From Thraustochytrium aureum (Eukaryota): a stretch of DNA of 63,556 nucleotides. Within the stretch, counting starts at the first letter, position 1; each line of letters begins with the position of its first letter. Positions 36,335-46,674 of the stretch are shown piece by piece. The DNA is taken from assembly GCA_012862495.1 (NCBI GenBank), contig BLSG01000423.1, forward strand, positions 82,377 to 145,932, written 5' to 3'. The position numbers and the translations under genes were made by a program. Below the pieces are notes generated by a model, which worked only from the letters and a program-made list of their open reading frames with translations, did not search any database and had not been told where the DNA came from.

Positions 36335-37983
36335 ATGTTCGGGGACTACTCCGACCTGGAGCCGCTCGAGGCCGGCCTCGAGGCCGACCTGACCAGCTTC
36401 AGCAGCTTCCCAGGCGACCACTTCGCGGGCTACGGCTTCGCGGACCCCGCCTACACGCCTATTCTGGGGATGCCGGCGCCCACCGCCACCAAGGACATGG
36501 CGGAACAGCAAGAGGACATGGCGGAACAGCAAGAGATCTTGGAGAACCTCCTGCTGGACGACGACTGCCAAGACGGCACATCGGTCTTCTCGGAGCGGAC
36601 CCAAGCGACGCCGTACGACTACCTTGACAACTTTGGCGGCGACTTTACTCCCTTTCCTTCAACGGGACTCAAGCGGAATCGGTCCACCGCCTCGGAGCTC
36701 ACTTTCCATGGGGCGGCCCACGCCCACGAGAGCGGCTCCAGGTTCAGGGCGTCAAGCCCGCGAGCAAAATCTTGCGCGTCGAGAGCATTGGCCCTGCGGC
36801 TGCGCAAGCAATCCAGCGGGTGGAGCAGCTGGTGCCAGGGACCCCCGAGCCGCAGCAGCTCGGTAGCTGGATCCCCCCCCCGCGACAGTGCATTTCGCCA
36901 GTGTCGCGGCATTCGTACCACGCGCAGCCGCAGCAGCAGAGGTCGCTCAAGCGTCCTCCCGCCTCTGGCCCTACCGCCGGCGAGCTCAAGCGATCGTTGT
37001 CTACCGATGAAGAGCAGCAGCGCGCGCCGGCACCCGTGGCCTCGGCCTCGTCGCAGCCCGCACATCAAGAGCTCCGGATCCCGAGGACCGAGATTATCAA
37101 AGCCATGGTTCGCAAGAACGGCGGCAAGTGCAAGGAGGCAAACTGCGAGATGTACGTCGCCCTGTTCGAGCTCATTGCCAGCGACCTCGACAAGCTGTCG
37201 ACGCAGCGGTATCGCGCATGGCGCGAGATCCAGGACCAGTTCGAGTCCAAGTTCCCGACGCCCAAGGCAAGGGCCTTTGTGAAGGACCTCCGCCAGCTCG
37301 TAAAGAAGCTGCTGCGCGAGCGCCGCACGCGGCAGCACCAGCTCGCGTGGGACGAGCTCCGCGCCGCCTGCAAGCTCCCCGAGCGGACCAAGGTCGACGC
37401 GGCGGCCATGGCGAGGGCGAGGGCCGAGCTCCACCCCAAGCTGGCCGCCTGGCTCCCCGCCTTTCCGCCCAACGAGCTCAACGATTTCATCGACTACGTG
37501 ATCAAGGCAGCCGCCAAGGGGACCAAGACGCCTGCCATGCTAGACCTGCCCAAGAGCGTGCTCGCCCACATCAAGAAGCTGCACCTCAGCAACGAGTTCC
37601 GCGGCCGCTCGGACGCGCTGCACGAGGAGGTGCTCTCCAAGCTCTTCGCCCTTGCCGACCTGCAGATTACGCTCGCAACCATCTGCGGCTGCGATAGCTG
37701 CAAAGCTTGCTGGCAAGGCGGCATCGCCCCGGCCAGTAGCCGCGCCTCCGCGGATGATGTGCGGCTCAAGTGGACGTGTGTCTCGTCGAAAACAGCGGCG
37801 CAGCTCTTGCGCCTGCACCAGACCGCGGCAGACGGCCTGCCTTCGATCGAGGCCATCCGCGGGATCACGCGCTTCGAAGGGGCCAACGAGGCGGACATGC
37901 CGCTGATTGCCGAGGCCATCCGCGTTCTGCACACCCCGGACCACTGCACCACGTGCAAGGCGGCGCGCAGCCGGTATGATTGA
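36335..37983 (+). CDS. Hypothetical protein B: acidic/aromatic N-terminus, helical basic core, C-terminal Cys/His domain (frameshift near 36725)
   Basis: MFGDYSDLEPLEAGLEADL... joined to ORF 36772..37983, with strongly GC3-biased codons. Ends TLATICGCDSCKACW...LLRLH...IRGITRFEG...LHTPDHCTTCK. Confidence 0.75.
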
Positions 37984-38139
37984 TCACTTTCACAGCATTC
38001 TTCGTAAATATATTGTACCATTATCTCGTTCAGGAGTCTGCGAATACCGAGCGACTGAGCCCGCCAGCGCTAGGCCAAGTCCAGGCGAGGTCGCCAACGT
38101 CGCTTGCGTGGGGCTTGAGCGCCGCGCCTCGAGGCGGTT

Positions 38140-38819
38140 TCAGCCCGACTCTTTAGCTATGCCGAGGTGGGGCTTCTCGCTCCTGCTGTGCTCTTCGGCC
38201 ACGTTGCTGGGCTCGTCCGTGCGTGTCAGGTTTTCCGACATCGAGCTGAGCGCACCATGGTGCCCTTCGTCCGCCAGCTCCTGCGCCGTCTCGCCAAGGA
38301 CGCTACCCCGTGCGCTAAAGTCGGCGCTCGTCGTCGACGCGCTCGAGCCTGTCCTTGCGCGCTCCCTTCGTGCTTGCTGCCCCAGTGGAGACGAAACAGG
38401 GGTGCTGTCGTCCCGCGGCACACCGGCGCTCTCCTCCTCCACGATCACGCCTGGGCCTTCGGTGAACGCGGGCCGCTTGCTCCTATCTTGGCTAAAGTTC
38501 TGGAAAAGCCCCTTCTTGCTGGCATGCATCTCTTCCTCGAGCTCGCGCAGCTCCATCTCCTGGCTCTTGCTCCTCGTCAGCTTCTCCTTCCCCTGCGACG
38601 TCTGCTCCTGCTCCTTGGTCAGCGCAAACCCCACTCGTCGGCTTGCGTTGCTGGCAGCGTCCATCCCAAGACTTTGAAAAACGCAACGCGCTGGCGACGG
38701 TCGAAACGTTGGCTCGGCTGACGGCGCCTGCCTCCGGGTGCGTTCCCTCGTGAGATTCTCGACGTCCTCGCTCCTGCTCGTGATGTTGCTCACGATGTTG
38801 CTTGTGACGTCGCTTGCGA

Positions 38820-38851
<32 letters not shown>

Positions 38852-39167
38852 ATGCTGATCTGGTTGGCGTTGCGAATGTGGTTGCCAAGGCTTGGTCCTC
38901 CAGAGCGTTTGGGGTTTGGTCAACTATCCGTGTCCAATGCGAGCGGGCAAGCTGCTGTCCGTGAAGGGGATCTGCCTTGCCGACTTTTCTCTCGAAACCA
39001 CTGAGGATGGCCTGAGCTTCTGTGTTGTCTTTGAAGCAGAGTTCCTGTGAGCGGTGCATGCTTTCCACGGCTATTTGCACTGCTCGGCGTTCGTGGAAAC
39101 AAGGAGGACTCGGATCATCCTTTGTGACCGGCCCGACCGGCCCTCGTGCAAACTTTGGTGGGCTCAT
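38140..39167 (-). CDS. Hypothetical low-complexity protein (probably frameshifted; 5' extent uncertain)
   Basis: Coding-like ORF 38140..38793 (MDAASNASRRVGFALTKEQ...) with upstream overlapping ORFs to 39167 across a CAG repeat. No domain recognised. Confidence 0.4.
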
Positions 39168-40036
39168 CGAACGCGTCTGAGGTCACGGCTTGAAGCTCTA
39201 CAGGTAGAGAGGGCAGAGAGCTTGTGTGCGGGCTTGTGCGAGCCGGGGGCGTGGTTTCCACGGCGACCGATCCCATTCGAAGCGTGTTCCCAACCTTCTC
39301 GTGCATTTTCTTCGCAGCTGTGCTGCTCGACCCGACAACGCTCATCATCAGGAGACAGAGGCGCATACTAAAGTATAGTAGTATTGCGTGGCGTAGGTAT
39401 CCGTACCTGCTGAGTAGGCTTTCAGCTCCTCGCCGGCAGGAAGTGCTGTGCTGCTCGGTCGGCCGGTCGGAGGTAGATCTGCAGTGCCCGAACGTCTCGC
39501 AACCCCTCTAAAAACTCAGCTTCCCCGTTCCCTTCACCTACAGGTCCAATCTCGGCGGTCGGCGATCAAAGAAGCCCAGAAACAGCGAGCAGAGAGCGTT
39601 CAGCGGGGCACAGGATNNNNNNNNNNNNNNNNNNNNNNNNNNNNNNNNNNNNNNNNNNNNNNNNNNNNNNNNNNNNNNNNNNNNNNNNNNNNNNNNNNNN
39701 NNNNNNNNNNNNNNNNNNNNNNNNNNNNNNNNNNNNNNNNNNNNNNNNNNNNNNNNNNNNNNNNNNNNNNNNNNNNCGTTGGGCCGTCCTTCTCCCGAGC
39801 CTGCCAAACCCCGATCGATCGATCGCCTGCTCGCTCAGCTAGGAGCCAACACCAAATCCCGCCCCGCAGACTACGTACCCGGCCGGAACACCCATCACCC
39901 GCTCTGCAGACTACAACTGCCGGATCATCCGTCCGCTTGGTACTCTTCTCTACTCACCAGAGGAACGCCGACCTGCGCACGAGCAAACACGGCCACCGCA
40001 CCGCCGAGGATCGAGGTCCTGCTGCTCGCCCCAAAA

Positions 40037-40522
40037 ATGGCTTCGAGCACCTGCAACAAACCAAAAACACTGAGCAAGTACACGACAGACCACGGCCAAG
40101 GCTCCGCAGAGGCTTGCGAGGAGCAGCCACACGAAGGCCACAACCCGATTGTCGACGTTGCATCAGCGGCAAAGTCTGTGCTGAGCAAAACTGCCGACAC
40201 AGCAACGACTGCCTGTGCCAAGATCATGCGGCCTGCCAAGGCATCGGCAAGACGCATGCTCAAGCAAACGAAAAGGAATAGCAGAGAGGGCGGCGACGAC
40301 GAGTCCGGCAGCGACGAGTCTGGCGCTGGCGAGTCCGGCAGCGACGGCTCCGAGGACGAACTGCCCCGAGCCTCGCCGCAAAACATCATGCCCAACGACT
40401 CCATCTCCAAAGCTTCGCAAGCGCGGCGGCTCAGCGTCTGCTCGAGCGAATTTGGAGATGCCAAGTCCACCGAGGAGAAAGCGCCGCGCTCGTTTCTTGA
40501 AAATGCGCCCCATGCCACCTGA
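40037..40522 (+). CDS. Hypothetical disordered protein
   Basis: ATG in an aaaaATGg context opens MASSTCNKPK...; contains an (ESGSD)-type repeat and an RRLS motif. No domain recognised. Confidence 0.45.
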   Translation: MASSTCNKPKTLSKYTTDHGQGSAEACEEQPHEGHNPIVDVASAAKSVLSKTADTATTACAKIMRPAKASARRMLKQTKRNSREGGDDESGSDESGAGESGSDGSEDELPRASPQNIMPNDSISKASQARRLSVCSSEFGDAKSTEEKAPRSFLENAPHAT

Positions 40523-40546
40523 CAGCCTACCAGCCTTTGCGCCATA

Positions 40547-43041
40547 CTACGAAGATAGAGTGGGGTATGTAATTTTTTTTGTTGCGCCCGCTCTTCCCCC
40601 CGCCCCCACTTCTTTCCCTGTGGTCGTCGCTCGCGTTCGGCCTGTCGCATTTCCCGCTGCGCTAGAGTCGAGCTTTGCCTGCGGGGGGCCAGCCGGAGCT
40701 GGCAGCCGCTCGTTGCCACCCTGAAGGAACTCAGTGTCCAGGTATGGCTCCAGCGCGCGGAGAAACGCGGGCACCGGCTTGGCCTCGCCAGTCTGCTGGT
40801 TCACATTCACCGAGCTCTTCCGCGCGGCCTCGAGAAGCGCCTCGTAGACCCTGCCGTCTGCACGGCCCAGCGTTGAGTTGAGCACACGGTCGGGCCAGTC
40901 AAAAGCGTCCGTGAGCGCGACCACGTCTGGGCGCAACTCGGCGCACAGCCGGCTGGACGCCTCTTCCGCAACTTGGAGCGAGCCCACGTCAAGGCCCCAC
41001 TGTTCGCCCTCGAGAAGATCGCTCACCGCATAGAGAGCACAGAGTCGCCCGAGCACGCGGCGGCACGCGGTATCCTCCACGTCGGCCAAGGAAGCGGCAA
41101 ACTTGGCCAGAATGAAAAACCGCACGTGGCAGCGGGCCGCAAGGACCAGCAGGCGCGCCGACCCGTTCCAAGCCTCGTGCGCCCCAACGCTGCGCTCGAG
41201 CACGTCAAGCCTGTGCGCTGCTCGCGTCATGACCACGAGACTGCGCCACTCGAACAGGCGCGCCAAGTACGACGGGTTGACGAGATCCTCCAGTGTTGGG
41301 GCCGCAACGAGGCCGAGGCGCTCACGCCCATTCACGACAGGGTCAAAACCCGGTTCAGACAGCGGGGCCAAGCACTCAACGAGGCCCACCAGCGGCTCAC
41401 CTTTGCGCGCGGCGCGGACGCTCTTCATGAGAAAGCGCGCCGTCTGTAGGCTCAACAAGATGGGATCGCCCTCCGCCGTGGCATTGGGGCCCTTAAAGTC
41501 GGCCTCGAGCGGGGCAATCCCACTGCTCATGAGGAACCCGTGCCCCCCGCATGCACGTCGGAGGTCCTCGATTCCGTCAGCGGCGCGGCACGTCGTCTCG
41601 GCCTTGAGGCTCGACCCCAGGGCGTGCACCTCTGGGAGCTCATCCAGGTCGACCTCCCCACCGCTTTGGATGGCGCGCCTCCGCCTCACCATCCACATCG
41701 TGACCCCCTTGAAAGCATAGGCGGTGGCGAGCCACTTGCAGACCCGGTAGAGCTGCACCGAGTAGTCGATAACCTGGTGCTCGCCGCCGTCGGGCCGAAA
41801 CCCCTGCAGCCGCACGCACGAGTACCGGCCGGCAATCGTGCAGGCGCGCGCGAGCGCGCCAGCCGCCGTCGAGGCTAGCGCGATGCGCGTCTTGAGCATC
41901 GTGACGTACTTTAGCGCTTGCGCCATCTTTGGGTCGGCCGGCTTGGCTTTGGCGGCGCCCGAGGTCCCGGCTCGCATCGAGCCGGGCTCTGGGCCGATCC
42001 GCCACTCGCCTGCCGGCGTGACGTGCACGCGGCGCTCGAGTAAGAAGCGGCGCGGGATGCGCACTTTGTTAAACCTGCAAAACCCGATCGTGGCGTCACG
42101 CTCGCCGAGCGTCTCGCCAACGTCGCCCACCTCAATCCCTTCCAAGGGCCGCAAGTCGGCGCCGCGCAGCTGCACCATAAACATGTTGAGCCCCTCGTGC
42201 TTGCCTTGCACGTAGGTCTGCGCAAACACGAGCGCGTGCGTGCTCAGCGGGAGGCCCGTCGACCACCATTTGGTGGCGCCCACGGTTGGCGTGTGCAGCT
42301 CCCACTCCTCGCGCGCGGCGTCGTAGGTGGCGGTCGTCTGGATCCCGCGAACATTGGACCCGTGCGCGAGCTCTGTTTGCGCGTAGCACCCCAAAATGGC
42401 GCCCTTCTGGCTGCGCTCGAGAAACCACTCCTTTTGCTCGTCCGAGGCGTGGCTCCGCAGCGTAGAGGAGAACACGCCAAAGTTGATCGTCAGGGCGGAG
42501 TTGGTCATCTTGGCGTCGCTCATGTGCTGCATGTCCATGTCCTTGGGCACAAACCCCCTCGCAAAGTGGCTCTCATGGACCTCCATAAAGTGCTTGACCG
42601 CGTGCGTGATCTGCTCCTCGCGGCTCGCCTCGGCCGCCACCGTGGCGACGGCATCGCTGTGAGCGTCGAAAATCCACTTGCGCCTTGCGGTCTGCGCGGC
42701 CCCGCCGTTCAGCACGTCGGTCNNNNNNNNNNNNNNNNNNNNNNNNNNNNNNNNNNNNNNNNNNNNNNNNNNNNNNNNNNNNNNNNNNNNNNNNNNNNNN
42801 NNNNNNNNNNNNNNNNNNNNNNNNNNNNNNNNNNNNNNNNNNNNNNNNNNNNNNNNNNNNNNNNNNNNNNNNNNNNNNNNNNNNNNNNNNNNNNNNNNNN
42901 NNNNNNNNNNNNNNNNNNNNNNNNNTTCAGCACGTCGGTCATCGTCGCAGTCACAAAGCTGGCCTTGCTGCGCTCAGCCTCGAGCACCGCCTGCAGCTCG
43001 TCGTCGCCGCCGTCCCGCGCCGAGTTGGCCGTCGACGCCAT
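40547..43041 (-). CDS. ACOX: Peroxisomal acyl-CoA oxidase
   Basis: LEAERSKASF, GCYAQTELAHGSNVRGIQTTATYD, LHTPTVGATKWW, IAGRYSCVRLQG, LRRACGGHGF, TAEGDPILLSLQTARFL and LRPDVVALTDAFDWPDRVLNSTLGRADGRVYE. The true end is probably QAKL at about 40670. Confidence 0.96.
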
Positions 43042-43559
43042 TGTCGAGCCTCAAACGCGACGCTTCGAGCAAAGTGCCGTTTCCCGGCAGGCAAGACGCG
43101 ACCTCGCTCTTGGTCAGCCAAGAAAGGCACTCAACCCTATCGTAGACCGGGCCCAGCGCGCTGCAGAGTTCGGGCTCTGTCGGCGGCATGACGATGAGTG
43201 AGCCTGCGCTGCAAGAGGGACGAGGGCGGACCGGGCCCCTGATCTCAATCAATCAATCAACTGATCTTCGCAGTCGGACTGACTGATCGTGCCTCCCCAC
43301 AACTCGTGATGCCGACGCTGCGCGCTCTCCTGCGATCGCGACGGGCCACGCACGCAGGCGGGGCCGCGGCCGAGCCGAGGCTGCCGGCGCGCGCTCCCCC
43401 GCTTCTCGCTGATCAGTCAGATCATGATGGGTGAAAGTGTACAAGATGGCTTTGGTTGCGGTAGGCAGCGCGGGCCTCGTGCTCGCTCGTTCTATCTGGT
43501 CAAATTCCGTCTTTTAGCGTCGCGTAGAGTAACAACCCAACCCAAATCATGATGGAGTA

Positions 43560-44505
43560 TCAAATAAAGTTTCGCGGCCCGACGAACTTGGTCTTGTCCG
43601 TGTCGCGGAATACTCCTTCGGGTCTCGGTACTCCCCGGCGGCGGCGACGCAACTCGAGCCGGCCTGCTCGCGCTCGCGGCGGGCGACCGCTGCCTTGTGG
43701 TCGGTCACGATAAAGGCGCTGCCAACCCACCGCTTGCGGCTCGCATTCTCGTCGCGTATGTACTTTTCCCACGGCGAGAGGTACGGGTCCGCCTGGCGCT
43801 CGCCCGGGCCCATACTGTTGTACTTTTCGTACAAGCTGAACGGCTTCTTGGCCGCCTTGGGCTTGACGCGCACCACGCGCTTTGGCTGTGCGTGCCTCTG
43901 CCTCGAGCAGACGGATCGCGGCGCCGCCTGCCGCGCTTCTGTCACGTGCGATGCGTTGTGGTATCGCCAACCTTGCGCTGACGTTGGCCGAGACCTTGAA
44001 GTGGTGTTGCCGCGCGCCGCCTCGCCACCGCCTCGCTCTCCGCGCGCCCATCTTCCGTTGCCATGCGGGGCTTCTCTAGTACGCTCCATCCTGTCGGGGC
44101 GGCGGGCCGCCGCCCCCAGGCCTTGCGGTCTGCGCGGGGCGCTTTTGCCGCCCAGGTGGGGCTGGCTGGCCTTTGTGCTCGGCTCTGCGCTCTGCCAGCT
44201 ACCGATCTGGAACCACGAGTGGCAGCAGCACCACCACCGCCGCCGCCCCTGCCCCTGCCGCTGCCACTGCTACAGCCGCTTGGTTTTCTTTGCGCGCGCT
44301 CGGAGCCCGGCGTGCGGGCTCTCACCCTGGTTGCGACCCAACCGGTTTGGCTTGTCTGCGCGCATGCACAAAGCCTTCTCCCGCTGTCCCTCGCAGTATT
44401 TCGTCGTCTTCCTTCGGAGCGGCCTGCGCACCGAGTAGCGCTCGTTAGCTCGCCTTCTTGTCCTGACTCGGCGCTCACATTCAAACGTGCGCCTGGACGC
44501 TCCAC
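43560..44505 (-). CDS. Hypothetical protein (frameshifted; 5' extent uncertain, may extend towards 45770)
   Basis: Conserved-looking C-terminus PYLSPWEKYIRDENASRKRWVGSAF...FRDTDKTKFVGPRNFI*, the last part in an alternative frame. Upstream frames are ambiguous. Confidence 0.45.
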
Positions 44506-46674
44506 ATTTCCTCGCAGCCGGCGCCTTCATGCCGCACTCCAGAACATCCCCAGTCACGTTCAGCTGCCTCCTCACACTCCGGCCCGCCGCGGCGCGGCCC
44601 CTCTGCACTCTCGAGCGCCTCGCGCCGCGCCAATTCTTGCCCGCTTCCAACGGACATCTTGGCCCCATCACACGTGCTGGATTGCGGCCAGCCACAAGCC
44701 CGCACGGGGCCCGCACGGCGGCCGCGAGGAGGCGCGCCTTCATCGACGCCGGCGCTTCTCTTCTGCGCCAGCTGCTGCGCCTGAAGCGGCCTCAGCGGCG
44801 TCAGCGGCGCAGCTGCCGAGCTGTCGTTGGTACAGCTGTCCATTGCAATGCTGACGGTGCCTTCCTCACCTTGGCCACGTAGACGGGCAACGCACTTTGG
44901 AAGCCCATTTCTGTCGACAAGTCTTTGTTGGTTGCATGGACAGAACAGGACGACGCTCAGCCGCTCGCGAGACGCGCGGCCGGAGACCCCGGACGGCTCG
45001 GGGACGTAGTTGTCCACGACAGCGTCGCTGCTGCTGTGCTGCTTCTGCGCGGTTTCGGCGCGATCGTTCGGGCTGGCCTGGCCGCGATGGAACTGAGGGA
45101 TGGCGATGGCCCAGAGCCGCGAAAGCGCGAACGGTCGCGGTCAGAGTCGTCTGGTTCGGAAACGTCCNNNNNNNNNNNNNNNNNNNNNNNNNNNNNNNNN
45201 NNNNNNNNNNNNNNNNNNNNNNNNNNNNNNNNNNNNNNNNNNNNNNNNNNNNNNNNNNNNNNNNNNNNNNNNNNNNNNNNNNNNNNNNNNNNNNNNNNNN
45301 NNNNNNNNNNNNNNNNNNNNNNNNNNNNNNNNNNNNNNNNNNNNNNNNNNNNNNNNNNNNNNNNNNNNGTGGGCGCGCCGCGGCATGACCCGCGAGCGGC
45401 GCAGAAGACGCCGCGAAAAGCAAACGTCCGCTTCGGGCGTTGTTTTCCTGTTCCCGCGCTAGCTCTCGCGGCGACCAACTCACTGTCTGGGGCTGCTGCC
45501 TTCAGGGAGCCGAGGGAGCCGGGATCTACACAGCCACCACTAGCCGCAAACTGTTCATACACAACGCCGACGCTTGCTGGCTCGCTTCCGGGCGTCAAGA
45601 CACCCGCATCGGGCCACTCGCTTGCCCACCAGCCCTGACGGCGGCCGGCACATCGGGGCTTGCAACGACCGCCGTCCAGCGCCACCGCGCACTCGCCGCA
45701 CCCATCGCCGCGCGCCCCCCATCACGCTCGCCTCCCACCGCATAGCCCATCGCGCTCCAATGCAGGCCGCCTCGAGCCCCGCCAATTCCGCGGGCCGCGC
45801 ATCTACCTTGGCCAATTCCGCGAGCCCTTGCTCTCCTTTTGATTGATTGATTGATCATACACATACTTAGCACATGCCTTTGCTCTTCTTCGTGGTGACT
45901 GAACATAACTGAGTGCCGCAGGCGACGAGCAGAGCACAGCAGCATTAGAGTAGGCTCCTGGCGCCAAGGTCGCGCCATTGCAGGGCTCGCCAGTGTTTGC
46001 TTGCGCGGCAAAGGCGAGGCCAACGCCGCACCCACGCTCACTGCAAACGAACGCACTTTCCCACGCATGGACCAGCCCGTTTGAAATGATGATGCAGGTC
46101 ACGAAGAAGATATTTAGAAATGGCGGCCCACCGCGCCCCAGCGCAGGCCGCCCCAAGCTCCGCGAGCCCCGCGAGCTCCGCGAGCCGCGCATCCACCTAG
46201 AGGAAGCCCAGCCTCACCGTGCACAAGGAACACGCCCGCGAACAGTGCTTTGTTCACCACATGTCCGTTGAGCTGCGAGAAGTGCCGTTGACCAAGGTCC
46301 ACGAGCAGGGCAGTGCGGCATCGGCATCGGCCTGTCGCGCGTCCTAGGAGCGCGGCGCGCGCTGCTCGTGGAAACCTTGCTTGCGAGACTTCATCTCGGT
46401 GGCTTTGGCGCACCGGCGTTCGCTGGGTTTGCGTTGCGAGAGCGGTCTTCTGCGACAGCGCAGGTTTCCCGACAGCCAAACTCTCGCGCGAGCGAGTTGG
46501 CGGCGAGGCGCGCCGGGCAGGGCTTTGAGCTGGACGGCCGTGGACGCCTCACGCCGGCAGGAGGCCGTTTGGCGCGGCGCGGCGAGGCCAGCTCGTGCGG
46601 GCGCTCGCTGCGGCATTCGCAGAGGCAGGGTTCGACTGCGGCGGTAGGCGACTGCGCGGCGCGCTCGCGTCGCA

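Noticed and set aside
44500..45800. Overlapping minus-strand ORFs as a defined gene
   Set aside because: Possibly the 5' part of the 43560 gene, but the frames are ambiguous and interrupted by a gap, so no call can be supported.
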